A stretch of 59,857 bases of DNA from Octopus bimaculoides (lineage: Eukaryota). A model generated the notes under the pieces. That model saw only the letters and a program-made list of their open reading frames with translations. It was not told the DNA's origin and made no database searches. This document shows positions 13,101-26,100 of this stretch, one piece after another; positions within the stretch are counted from its first letter, which is position 1; every line of letters begins with the position of its first letter. Both the position numbers and the translations under genes were made by a program. Where the stretch lies: NCBI RefSeq assembly GCF_001194135.2, contig NC_068982.1, positions 116,467,875 through 116,527,731 on the forward strand, read 5' to 3'.

Positions 13101-14997
13101 AAAAAATTGAAGAGCGAGAGCTATCAACAGTATAGGCTTGACAGGATGATTGAAGCTGAAAAGAAATTCTCAGCTGAATTAGTAATGTTACCCTTTTTTT
13201 CTTTCCTATTTATCATCATTAATTTACACCTGTTTTTCTTGTAGGAATTTGTCAGACACCACTCAACGTTCATTTTACCACTGGCAATAGCCCTTTGTCC
13301 TTTGGAACACAAAACACTAGAGAAAAACCAGTCAATTTTGTTTGTGTCATTATTTTTTGTATAGTTTGGATTCCCTTTCTGTCACTATGTATCTTATTTA
13401 ATTACTATTTTAATAAGTTTCCTATATAGTTAGGATTATTCAGATTACATTTCTATAAACATAATGTTGATTGTGTGTGTAGTGAGAGTGGATGCTTCGA
13501 GAGCATAGCTGCTAGAATAAAAATAGGTTGGGCAAAGTTCAGAGAGCTACTTTTGTTGGTAACAAAGGGCCTCACTCTCAGAGTGAAAGGCAGATTGTAT
13601 GATACCTGTGTGTGAACAACCATGCTACACGGCAGTGAAACATGGGGTATGACTGCCAAGGACATGTATAGGCTTGAAAGAAATGAAGCTAGCATGCTTT
13701 GCTGGATGTGCAATGTCAGTGTGCATGCATGACAGAATGTAAATGTCTTGAGAGAAAAGTTGGACATAAGGTGTGGTGTGCAAGAGAGATGACTGCATTA
13801 GTATGGTCATGTGATGCATACGGATGTAGACAGCTGTGTGAAGTACCAATCTCTACCAGTGGAAGGGGGAGACCCGAGAAGACAGGGGACGAGGTGGTGA
13901 AGCATGATCTTCGAACGTTGGGCCTCATGGAGGCAATGACTAATAACTGAGATATTTGGTGATATGCTGTGCTTGAGAAGACCCTTTAAGCCTAATGAAA
14001 TCATAGTTGTGGCCATTGTTGGTGTCATGTAACTGGCACCCAGGCTGGTGGCACATAAAAAGCAGCTTTCGAGCATTGGACCTCACAGAAGCAATGTGAC
14101 TGATGCCGGTGTCACGTAACTAGCACCTTTCGAGTGCCGGGCCTCACAGAGGCAATGACAAATGATGGAGACCTTTGACAGTATGCTATACTTGAGAAGG
14201 GAGATCCATCAAGCCAAGTGAAATCGTAGTCGTGACAGATACTGGTGTCACGCAACTGGCACACGTGCCATAAGATTCTCAACAAATTTTATATTCTTCT
14301 TTCTGGGTTCTTGCATTTTATTTCACTACAAATCTTCCTATGCCATGTTAATTCTGCCTTGGTTATTTTCCGATCAGACCGAAAATCATTGCAAAAATCA
14401 CAATTCAAGGAAAGTAACTCTTTCGAATCTTAAAGGAAGTTGGGAATAGTTGATTAATAGAGGTAATGGTTCTCAACCATTTCTTACCTAAGGACCCCTA
14501 TTTTGCTCTGCTGGACCCCTATGTTAAAAAAGAAATCCTATTATATTTTTATAATCGGATATTATGAGGTATTGTATTAAAAATATATTGTGTATTGTAG
14601 AAGTATAACCATTTTATTACACATAAACTTTAACAACTAAATTCATATAGACCCTGGTTGAGAACCACTGGATTAAGGTATTCGACTGTTGGCCAGTTAA
14701 TGGTGAATTCAAGTTCTTTCTGATAGGTTTAGACTAGACCCTTTAGTTTGACCAATTGTTTTTGAGTGGCCTATGTTCATAATCATTCAACTCTCAGAGA
14801 TAAATATATAATTATTATTCTCTTTCTTATTTCAGGAGAAACCATTTATCTCACTTCAAGATCTTGACAAAGAGATTGCACTTGCCATAGACTCTAAAGT
14901 TAATTATAATTTTGCTATTGACAAAAAAGGAAATCTTTACAAAGAGGAGGAACCGAAGTTACTAGAAGAGAAACCAGAAAATACCAAATCTGAGTAA
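6902..14997 (+). CDS. MRPS26: Mitochondrial ribosomal protein S26 (mS26), join(6902..7137,10292..10414,13058..13181,14836..14997), 214 aa
   Basis: All introns are GT-AG and the frame is continuous (236+123+124+162=645 nt). The N-terminus looks like a presequence and is followed by RWVKPRYKPIAKSK..YLRALR. The C-terminal FISLQDLDKEIALAIDSKVNYNFAIDKKG matches the mS26 motif (human [29 protein letters not shown], recalled). Confidence 0.88.
7391..7483. repeat. Palindromic mini-element (about 33-bp arms) in MRPS26 intron 1
   Basis: GGCGGAGTTAAAGAATACGCATACCACCC pairs with GGGTGGTGTGCGTATTCTTTACCTTCGCC; the loop contains TAACCTAACCCTAAC. Confidence 0.8.
7731..7850 (+). pseudogene. 5S rRNA-derived sequence (pseudogene or SINE3-type head)
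   Basis: GCACCGGTTCTCGTCCGATCACCGAAGTTAAGCAGCGTCGAGCC..AGTACTTAGATGGGTGACC..TGGGAA..GTGCTGTA matches invertebrate 5S rRNA. The first six bases are divergent and there is no oligo-T terminator. Confidence 0.88.
8703..8995 (-). mobile_element. SINE copy with (GAT)n tail; related copies at about 9310-9570 (-), 17480-17890 (+) and 23520-23760 (+)
   Basis: Shared core GTTTCTACAG(C/T)TGGATGCCCTTCCTAACGCCAACCACT seen in several copies within the window. Confidence 0.8.
10292..10414 (+). CDS. MRPS26: MRPS26 coding exon 2
   Basis: Acceptor tttttcag, donor AG|GTGAGC; encodes THFLNEIRERPKITHNQNRSEDFRQLLLENDKWNAQVAQER in frame with exons 1 and 3. Confidence 0.85.
11090..11650 (-). mobile_element. Ty3/Gypsy gag remnant in MRPS26 intron 2
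   Basis: QLAQSKLHIVLTG..HNITGTPPD..YEPFKTEVLRCNSPSAESKFHTLLWDEHLGDQTPTEFL resembles the Gypsy gag pattern YE.LK..L.R...SE..R...LL..E.LGD.TPSE.L. Confidence 0.72.
13058..13181 (+). CDS. MRPS26: MRPS26 coding exon 3
   Basis: Acceptor ttttattgcag, donor TTA|GTAATG; encodes the charged helical segment EADMARLSELDAERKK...KKFSAEL. Confidence 0.83.
13480..14100 (+). mobile_element. RTE-clade LINE 3-prime fragment (decayed)
   Basis: [41 protein letters not shown] motifs; same family as 27900-29280. Confidence 0.8.
14464..14670. mobile_element. hAT-Charlie/MER5-like MITE
   Basis: Terminal inverted repeats TAATGGTTCTCAACC and GGTTGAGAACCACTG. Confidence 0.7.
14836..14997 (+). CDS. MRPS26: MRPS26 terminal coding exon
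   Basis: Acceptor ttctttcttatttcag; encodes EKPFISLQDLDKE...NTKSE; TAA at 14995-14997; AATAAA at about 15050. Confidence 0.88.
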   Translation, partial: EKPFISLQDLDKEIALAIDSKVNYNFAIDKKGNLYKEEEPKLLEEKPENTKSE

Positions 14998-16831
14998 TTC
15001 TTTAAATTTTAGTCATAAATGGAGGATATTTTTGTGTGTATGTGTAAATAATAAAGCAAATTTTAGTTCTTTTGGAATTGGATTTGTAATATTTCAACAA
15101 TATCTCTCAGAATCTATGAAAGTCATCTTGGTTTCAAAAAAAGTTTTGAAAAAAGCACAAATTTGTTGGTTTCCACAACCTCTGTTAATCAAAACATGGA
15201 GGGATATATATATATACATATATATATATCATCATCATCGTTTATTTATATATATATATATATTTATGTGTATTTCTTCTTTCTTAATGAATAAAAATTC
15301 TTCTGATAGAATAAATGAGTTAATAGAAACCAATGTAGCAAAGAACACAAAATAACTGTGGTTTAGTTCCTGTTTTTAAGGCAGGAACTCCATATATTTA
15401 TTGTGTTTCAGTCATTGGACTTATAGCCATGTTTGGACACTGCCTGTAAATGTTTAGTTGAGCAAATCAACCCCAATACTTCTTTTTGTTTTTTTTTTTT
15501 AAGACTGGTACTTATTCCATTGGTCTCTCATTTTTTCTATCAAACTGATAAGTTATTAAGATGTAAACGCATCAACACCAAGTGTCAAGTGATGGTGGGG
15601 AACAAATGCAGATACAAGGACACACACACGTGATCATTATCATTCACCTTGACAAACTTCTTTTAGTTTCTGTCTGCCAAATCTACTTACAATCCTTTGG
15701 TTAACCTGGTGCCATAGTAAAAGACACTTGCCCAAGGTACCATGCAATTGGACTGAACCCAGAACCATATGTTTTGGAAGCAAACTGCTTACCACGGTGC
15801 TTGTGCCTATATATATATAGAAAAAGAATGAATTTTAAAAAGTTTGACACTCTATTATCCTATGTATATGTGTAAAAATTCATTTGATTTATGTCTGTTT
15901 TCCAAGGTAGAGCATAAGCTAGACCATTCATGAAGCAACTGGTGGTTAACAGACCTTTCTGAATGGCAAGCCTTGTGAAAAAAATTACTGTGAACTCTTT
16001 TGTAGTGTGGCCTACCAGATGAGTCATGTCTCATGTAGCCCACTTCTTGATAAAGACTGCCTATGCCTGGATTTGATGAATTGAGGCATTATTTTAGTTG
16101 AATGCCCCTTTTGTTACTAACACATACCTCTTTGTCAAATAAGGGATATTTCTATTCAACTTGTTTTTGGAAGTATGGTATTACAGGATGATTTAGCAGG
16201 GAATGTCAACAAACATCACTGTTAGTTTTTGCTCAGTGCTTTCACAGTGTAAGAATGCATATATTTTTTAGTTGATGGTTCTGCAGTGAGACAGGGGCTG
16301 AGACACTAGTAATGAAGTGAAGTCCATCCATGGCTGTGTATCTCCACTTTTGCCATCCTTGTATGTTTTAAATGAAATTCATTGTGGCAGATTCTTGACA
16401 CGAGGATGCTTTTTCCTGTCAGCCAATTCATTCTTGTTTCAAAGCAAAGTAATATTTTCCCTGGTTGGACACATTTTTATGGACGATTGCAACTGAACAA
16501 CACATATACATACATGTGTAAATACACACACACACACGGCGTCTTTCAATTTCTGTCTATTAAATTCACTTGCAGGGCTTTGGTTGGCCTGAGAAGACAC
16601 GTAATAGAACTGCACTTTATACCACAAGCTTATGAAGTGGAATAATTAATTACACACTGCCATGCCTGTGAATATTTTATACATACGTTAATATCAATCT
16701 TTGACAATACATTTCAAAAACAAAAGAAAACAATTTAGCAGAGCTTTTCTAAGTGGTTTTATTATAAAAGTGAAAATGATTTTGAATTGATTGATTTATA
16801 ATATAGCTATCACATCTAGTAAACAAATGTC

Positions 16832-17162
16832 TCAGGTATTTACATTGACATCGTCATTACTTAATACATCTTTAATGCTTGTATTTAATTCATCATTGGT
16901 AAGCTTATCTTTACTAGTTGTACTTGTATCGTCATTAGTACTTATATCTTCAGAAGGTTGTCTGATTATTTCACAGTTGCTGTTACTGAATTTTGCAAGT
17001 ACCTTATCTAATCTGTTTATAAATGTGTCAGCATCCGTTTTTGTCATACCAATACTTGCAGCTGCAGTCAGGTAACTGCATGGGTAGTTGTTATAATGGG
17101 CTCCAAAATTTACAAAGCTTTGTTTGCATATTTCCTTTGTCCCTGAGTCTTTAGCAATTACC
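16832..17162 (-). CDS. SEPSECS: SEPSECS terminal coding exon
   Basis: [11 protein letters not shown]...[37 protein letters not shown] plus an acidic tail; TGA at 16834-16832; minus-strand AATAAA at 16758-16763. Confidence 0.94.
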
Positions 17163-20100
17163 CTACCAATGAAAGATGGAAAGAAATATGATTTTACAAT
17201 ACATTTTAGACATTACAAGCACATATTCAGATAGGAAAGAGAAACAAATCCAGTCATAGCTACTTAAGCTGTTGCTTTTTATAATGTCTAATATCATTTT
17301 ACAGTGAAAATCTGAGCTGGCAGTTTATTCATAATATACTGTTGTTAAGGAGAAGACTCGGCAAGCCAAGTGAGAGCATAAGCTGTGACCTCTGCCAGAA
17401 GTGTAGCCAGCTCACTTATTCGCATCTTTACTTTATTGGACACTAAACTCTGCTCGTTAAGACCTGTTGGGGCAAGTGAAATCGAAATCGCAATTGAACC
17501 ATATTCGATGACTGGCACCTGCGCCAGTAGAGCACTGTCAGAGCGTGTTCATTACCAGTGCAGCTGTCTGGCTTCCGTGCTAGTGGCCCATAAATAGCAC
17601 CATTGAGCGTAATCGTTACCAGTGTCGACTTCTAGCACTTGTGCTGGTGGCACATAAAAAAAAAACACCTTTTTGAGCGAGGCCGTTGCCAGTACCGTAT
17701 GACTGGCCCTCGTGCTGGTGGCATGTAAAAGCACCCACTACATTCTTGGAGTGGTTGGCGTTAGGAAGGGCATCCAGCTGTAGAAACTCTGCCAGATCAG
17801 ATTGGAGCCTGGTGCAGCCTTCTGGCTTGCCAGTCCTCAATCAAGTCGTCCAACCCATGCTAGCATGGAAAGCGGATGTTAAACGGTGATACTGTTGTTT
17901 AAGGTACATTACCAATTTTACATGGAGGAAGAGTGCAGTTATTCCTTACTGATAGTTTATCTGCTGAAGGCAGAGTTGACCTTTGCATTAAAAGTGCTTG
18001 ACATTGTTCATAGCTTGAATTTTACCACAAGCATTTTGTGCTTTTGGTAAGAGAAAAACGTGTGCTCCAGCTGGGCCTGCCTAACAAAGGCCAGATGTTA
18101 CTCCTAACTCATTGTTGAGTTTTGTTCTTACTCCTCTGTACTCTTACTTTCTCTTCATTTTTGTACCTGTTTATAAAGAATGATGATTCAGCTATGAATT
18201 CGGGATAAAGCAGTTTTATTGTTGTATGAGACATTCATAAAGTAGCTCCATCTCATACAACTGCTTTACACAGTGAACTGCATATTATCTTATGCCACAG
18301 ACATTAGAGAGGTTGTCACATTGCAAGCATAATGAAAGAATTACTATCCTCTGAGATGGATAGCTTGCAATATGATTTGCAGAGTTCATGTTTCACCCAT
18401 ATGTTCCATGTTTTGGTGTGCACATGTGTAGTATAAAGATAACTTACCTTGTTCCTGAGACAAATCGTTTGAACAGCATAGATCCAATTTCAGTTACATT
18501 AATGCTCTCTTCATATCTGAGGGTCATTGCTATGGAAATAGAAACAGACAATTATTAGAAACAATAGAAACAGACAGACATTATGATCAATGATACAAGA
18601 AGCTCACTGCTGTCTAAAGCAAAGCAGATATGTGAACAAAACTCAAGTTCCTATTATATGTTTTTCATACTAGTATTGTGTAAGGTCTATAACTCTATTT
18701 ACTAAGGTCCAGCCAGTTAATTGACAGAAGAATCGCTCAGTTATGCCTCTTGTTTCAATCTCGTTAACACCTGTCTTGGTTGCAATAGATGTGCTTTCTG
18801 TAACATATATTGCAAAAATCAATAGAGTAACATAATTCTTCAAATTGGTCACGGCTGGAATAATGGTCAGTGATAGAAAATTGGACGCTAATCAGACACA
18901 TTTGGCCCTCATCAAGATGGAGGGGTGGACTGTCTTTAACCTCTGTTATATATTTCTATTCCAATTTTTAAGTAATGAAGAGTTTAGCAGGTGACATAAG
19001 TCTGCTTGAGCAGAGATGGACAAAACGAACAAAACTAAATAACAACAAAAACATAGTTACTAACAAACAACCACAACAGTTTGATGCAACAAGAGGATAC
19101 TCTACATGGATACTTGGTTTGCTAGACATAACTGCAAAATGTTCTGCTACCATATAAAAAAAAAAAAAAGGAAGAACAGATTGAATAATATAGTGGTAGG
19201 TAAATTAGATGGGATAATTATAACTGAAATGCCTTTTTATGATAAGTCTTCTCAATTAGGGTTAAATAACAAGTCAATGAGATTGTCATTAGAAAACTGT
19301 AACTTACCCATTGAAATTTGGTTATTGTTGATGGTCAATAATTTTTGGCCATGTTTCTCGGCACATGATGACAGTGCGTTCTTCAAATATATAAACATTT
19401 CTTTTCTGTCTTTCAAAAGTTTCATGTAACCAGTAGAACCAAGAGACAAGAGTGTGATGAAGAGGTCAACAGTTGGAGTCGAAGAGGCTCTGCCTTGAGA
19501 AGGTATAAAACAAACAAATTATGGTCCTGGATTCCCTAAACCTGTAGCAGATGAGATGATGATAATGGCTGGAATGCTTTTGATCATAAATCTTCTACAA
19601 TCAATGCTAGCTAGGGGTTGAAAAGTAACACCACCACCATCATTAAAAGCAACAACATGTAACATTTCCTATATAAAACTGGAGATGGTCAAAATGGTTA
19701 AATGACACCATGTAAATAGTGAAGTATGTTACTGATTCCTATTGCCCAGTTTAACATTGCTATATGGCCCTTTGGGTCCTGTTACAAAAATTCAAACCAA
19801 ATCTTCTGCCTGAGGACAACCCATAGGTGATTGTTTTTTTTGTCCCCATCCCAGCATTCTTGGAGGTCCCACAAAAAGTCCAAGAGTGCTACTCTTTTTT
19901 CTTTCACTATGTCAAACAACTTTAAACCCTTTATTATGATAAAAAAAGTTTGAGAACCACTTCTATAGCACAGACTGGGAGATGTTATATGATTCAAAGA
20001 TCCAACACTCTAGCCATTGGAATATGTGCATTCACATACACACACTGACTTAAAAGGCATGGTTTGTTATTGCCATTCTGCTGAGACATTACCACTTTTA

Positions 20101-23100
20101 CCAAAAACACCTTTCCTAATAAGCCTTTATTAAGTCTTTCTATTAGAGTTACTTTCCTTAGTTGAAATCCAAATCAAACACTTACCTGGATACATCTTAC
20201 CAATTTCATCAATGAAATTTTTGTCAAACCCAGCAATGATTGAACCTCCCACAGGGACCATGAAGTTTTTATCAGTGCTCTGGACAAAAGCATCAATTCT
20301 GCCAACACGTGCAGCCTGGCATGCAACAGAAACGACAGTAGTTATTATGGATGAAAATATGCAACAGGCGAAATGCATTTGGTCAGTAAACTTATCACTA
20401 AACATGCAAAACAAAGAGCGGGTATGTATTTAGATAAACCTTCTCAACATAGGGACTAAATATCCTTGGGAAGGACTACTTTGACTAACAAAGAAATGTC
20501 AAAGTAGTTACTTGATTTATTCAATATATGTAGCCAAATCATTCCCAACAACCATTCTGTAGTCTTTAAAGTGAAGACCACAAGTTTTCAATTTGGAATT
20601 CTGAACATCATCCACTACAATAATTAATAACTACTCGTCAGAAATGATGAGTGAATGTTTTGTTAAGAATCCCTGTCTCTGTACTATAAGTCTACCTGAT
20701 GAAACCTTCAGTCTTAAACTTTAAAATTACATCTCACACAATAAAGATAGATTAGCTTCAGTTAGCATAGTTATTGGATGAATCCTATTGCAGTTCCATT
20801 AATGACATTCTTTGATTAATTTTAGTCATCTAGTGTCCACTTAAAAGCAGTCAAAGAGATATGACATTAATAACAGTAACCACTTCAAAGGCAGGGAAAT
20901 AACAACTACAACAACCACAAGTGTCATCATGGTAAGATGAGAACAACTGCAGCAATTATAGCAGTACACTCTTCTATTACACAAACATCTGACTCATCAT
21001 GAACTTCTGATTCCTCACCAAACCTAATGAAAATACAAAGTAATTTTACATTCCTAGAACTAGAACTAGATCAAAGTACATAAAATAGTTACCCCTTTCC
21101 TCCAATTTAATTCACCATTAATTAATGGAGAGTGTAACTGTTTCATGGAACTTACCACAGCATCAACTATCATCCATCATTATATTAGATGAATATAAGT
21201 GGATATAATAGACTGCTGAGCACACATAAAAGATTACCTATTTGTGAAACTTGAGGTCCCATAAGGCCGTAACTAAATAACTCTAAATAAAGGAGCATTA
21301 ATAGATGTAAAGCAAATATATCCCTGGAATAGGAAACTTATCTATTGCATAGAACTATCTCAAAAGTTTTAGTCTTAAAGCCAACAGTTAGATGGACTAA
21401 GGAATGTAAAATTCAGTATCTGCTTCCACATCTTCGAAACAACAAAATACTGACAGTGGATTTGTAATCACACCATTGTAATTGTTTAATCCTAGGTTAA
21501 TCTTTTCAGGCAGAATTACAAACAGACTCATTCCAATAGTGGCCATTCCATCTATTTTAGTATATCAAAAATTATGTAATACAATGTGTAGTTTCTTTTA
21601 TTTATAATTTAAGGACATCTTGGCGTTTATTGCTAGCAAGTTGAGTAACTTCACAAAAGCCCCCTCCTTGGCTCATTTGTAACCACAAACCAAGAGTTTG
21701 CATTTATTTTAAAAACAGGGTTGATTCCAGTGGCATTCAAACTCACAAACACAAGACATTAGATCAAATAAAACATGTGCTATGGTACTCTACTATTCTA
21801 TAATTATTCAATATTATTTCAAGAAGTAGTTCTGTCCATTCCATTACATATACTGAATATCATCACATCAACTCCCAAAAGGTTACTACAAGTTCAGAAA
21901 TGATGGTGTTAAATACTGTAAGATATATTGTTTTAAACAATTAACTTGGTCAAATTTTTTAGTACAATTCTTGTGAAGTTTAACTTCTACCTCCTTCCTT
22001 TTGGGGTCAAGAAACAGGGAGACAGGTTTTGTTTAAATCAACTATAATTCCACCCACCAACACACACACTATATGTTTACACATTTGGTACAATAAGCCA
22101 ACTACAGTCACAGATTTTAAGCCATGTTCAAGAAGTTATCAAACTGAAAAACCCATAAAGCCTCAGAACATTGCAATTACTAACACATTAAACTGTGTCA
22201 TCTGTTTGATTTTATTATTTGTACAATGGTCTTATTTCTTCAACCTTCTATGATCTTATTACTGTCATTTACCAAATGTACCTTGGACCCTGTACAAAAT
22301 CACTCTAATCTTTCTTCCTCACAGCTGTCATTCTCTGGTGTTCTTCCCAAACATTTATCTAGAACAGTTTAAATTCAACATAAAATAACAATAAAGCCAG
22401 TACTAACTTAATGTAACAAGCTAAGAAATTATTAATTAAAATTACATCTCTAAGGGAAGAGACAAATATTTTCTAATAATGAATTAGCAACAAAGAACGA
22501 GGGAGACAACTCAGAGCAGGGAACTCTGATGAAAGCTTTCTCCAGGTCGATGAAGGCTAAATACAATGGCTTATTTTTAGCCAAGTACTTTTCCTGCAGC
22601 TAAAATTAAATTCTAAAATTAGAATTCAGTGTGGAGTCAGTCTGATCTTTGGTCAGTATAGTGACAACTCCAGGAATGCTTTGGTAATATTAAACTTCAT
22701 CAGCAAAGCATAGCCTAACCTAATTTGCTAGAAGTAAGGTTAGTGAGAGAATACAGAAACTTTTAGTGAATAAAAACTGAGCATTGGTCGGGAAGGAAAT
22801 ATCTAGAGACATTTGCTGTGTGAAAAACTAGTAGCAAAGTAAATTACTGTTATTTCTTGGTTTACTACAACTTGGGCCACTTCATTATTTTTCATGCAGC
22901 AATTGCCTCTAGACATTTCTTTTCCACTCATTACTCAGTTTTTATTCATCAAAACACACACACACATAAATAAATACATGTCACTATGAAAAGTTACTAA
23001 ATGTGGAAAATGAATGGGAGAAGAAGAGTCTACCAAATATCGAACCAACTGAGGGACCAGCCATCAGGGTTGATAGCAGCATAATAGATAAGGCAATTAA

Positions 23101-26100
23101 GGACGTGAAGACAGGGAAAGCTCCTGGGCCATCAGGAATCACTGCCGAGATGATTAAAATTTCTGGTTGTGTAGGCTACAGCTTAGTCATAGGATGGCAC
23201 CATTCCCAATGACTGGTGTAGTAGTATTATAGTTAGCTGCTACAAGGGTAAAGGTGATGCCTTAGATAGAAACAACTACAGAGGCATTAAATTACTAGAC
23301 CAAATCATGAAAGTTACTGAGAGGGTTATAGCTCAATTGATTAGAAATAGAACTAAACTAAATGAGAGGCAGTTTGGTTTTGTACCTGGGAAGAGTGCCA
23401 CAGATGCCATCTTCCTAGTGAGTACTTGGCCAAAAGTAAGCCATTGTACTTAGCCTTCATCGACCTGGAGAAAACTCTCGACAGAGTTCCCTGCTCTATT
23501 ATATGGTGGTCTCCACATTGTAAAGTGGTTGGTGTTTAGAAGGGCATCCAACTGTAAAAGCCTTGTCAAAACTGACCTTGCCTGTGCTTATGCCATGTAA
23601 AAAGCACTAAGTCCACTCTACTAAGTGGCTGGTATTAGGAAGGGCATCCAGCTGTAAAAAATCCTGCCAAAACAGTTACAGCAGTCTGGTGCAGGCTTGT
23701 CAAACTGTTTCACCCATGCCAGCATGAAAGACGGATGTTAAACGATGATAATGATGGCATGAACAAGACAAAAAGGAAATCTGAATATATACTAACCTGT
23801 TCCAGTAAATGTGTACATTTAGAAGCTTGGATTCCATATGCATTGTTTACCAAATGTGGAATGTTGTTTTCTTTGCACAATTTAGCAATCTCTTCCAGTC
23901 TACAGATGGACAAGATGATAGAGAGGGAAACAGATATATTGAGAGAGTGAGAAATGCAGATTAGAATGGACAAATTTTACTCAAGCTATGTCTCTTTTAG
24001 AAAGTTAGTTACTTCTTTTTAAGTATTAAGTACACAGTATGAGGTGAAGCTGAAAAGTTCCTGACTTTGGGTAAAAGAAAATACAGGAGGATCAGTTAAT
24101 TATGATTTTATTTCATGTATTCCCCTCTCAGATTCACACACTTATTGCTGTAATCATCCAGTTATTCCAAGCCCTGTAAAAGAACTTGGAAGGTTGGGCC
24201 TCCAACCAGGCCTTTTGCAATACCCTTACAGCCAGGAACTTTTCAGCACCCACCCCTGTATTTACACTGTTGTATGCTCCCACATACATACACATGTATG
24301 ATAGCTTTCCATCTTCCACATTCTATTCCACTGAGGAGATATTGGTCAAGCATCAGCTATCATGAACCTGGAGCCACTTGATTCCAAAGTAAATTTCTTG
24401 ACTACACAACCATGCCATTGAGTTGAATTTTCAAAAAATGTGTTTTTTTACAAAGAGAGAGTATACAGCATGTTTTTCTTTCAGACATACTTGTATTTTA
24501 ATTACAGGTTGGTCACTACATTAACGACATACTTTTGAGGTATGAATGCTCTATGATGACATGCAGTACTCTTGTTGCATTCTAGTGTTAAGCTGTATAA
24601 CTGTTAAGTTATACTACCTCTCATGCAGTCCAAATAGATAAACAAAAATAACAGTAGCAACATCAATAACTTTTTTTAGCTTCAAACACTGTGTTGCAAT
24701 GGATAGATCAGAGCTAAATGTAGAAAAACGGCAACTGTTATATTATTAGTATCTCCTCTGTGACTGTTGTCAGACTGTATATGACATACAGGGACAGAGT
24801 AGTCTATAGAGGGAAAAGCATACAAACACCACTGTACTGAGTCAGAGAGGTTGTCTGAGCATCATAGCTTTGTCCAAATAGGGCTAACTCAAATAACTGG
24901 CTATGTGTTTACTTGAATAGGACTGACCATGTGCTAAACAACAATACCATTACCACCATCACCACCATGCAACAACCACAACAACATCACCACTAACAGC
25001 AATAACATTATTAACAATAAAATAATAGATTTATAAAGCTTATCTAATAAAAATGATACATACTTATCTGGTGCTCGTGGAGCAAAACAGCTGGTTGTGG
25101 ACATGACACAGGCAATGTTCTCCCTGCCCAGCATATCAATCTGTTCAGTTAATTTAGTGACATCAGTTCGTAGTTCATCTCCTTCTAATACATTCTCTAT
25201 GATTACAGGCTGGAAACCTGAGAACAGATTGAAATATCTTACATCATACACTGGTCAGTCACACATGGTAGACAGGTAGAATGACAATGGTGCTGATAAG
25301 AATGATGGTAGTGGTAGTGATGTGTAATGAAAGTGGTGGTGGGGATGATAATAATAAATGTGGTAGTGATGGTCATAAATATGGTAATAATGTTGTTAGG
25401 GATGATGATAATGATGGTGATGAAAATAATGATGATGATCATACTGGATAATTTTTCACTGACACTGAAATTGAAGACAGCTGTATAAAGAAGTGCCGAT
25501 CTCTAACTGTAGTGGGAACCTGTGATAGAGGTAAACTCAGGAAGACATGGGACATGGTAGTGAAGCATGATCTTCGAACTTTGAGCCTCACAGAGGCAAT
25601 GACTTATGACCAAGACCTTTGAAGATGTACTGTGCTTGAGAGACCTGTCAAGCCAAATGAAATAGTCATGGTAACTGACACCCGTGCTAGTGGCACGTAA
25701 AGAACACCTTTCGAGCACTGGGCCTCATGGAGGCAAAGTGGCTGTATGTTTCAAATCTAAAAGCGAAACAAACAAGAGAGATAACTCCAGCATGATAATT
25801 CAATTGAAATTTCAATATAGAAAATGTGATAAGAGAGTGGATCTGGTCTTTAAAGTTGACAGGTGAAAGCATCTGAGAATCAAGCATCATTCTGTAATAT
25901 GCAAGCAAAGCCACTTCCCTGGAATAGATATATGTAATTATAATAAACAGTACATATTGTGTGAATGGTTGGCAAATGAGAACAAACCTGCAGTAACAAT
26001 GGACTTGAAACAAGATTTCTGATCAATACGGGGCCACAGGACATATTTTGCTTGAGGACGATGTTGTTTAATGGTCAGCATACACAAAACCAAGGCCATA

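Noticed and set aside
15000-16831. SECIS element in the SEPSECS 3-prime UTR
   Set aside because: The minus-strand ATGA sites I checked lacked the AA loop spacing and a pairing helix II. This was a by-eye check only.
22500-23510. Inverted RTE fragments within SEPSECS intron 6
   Set aside because: Short (about 100 bp) and diverged; an expected by-product of high repeat density.
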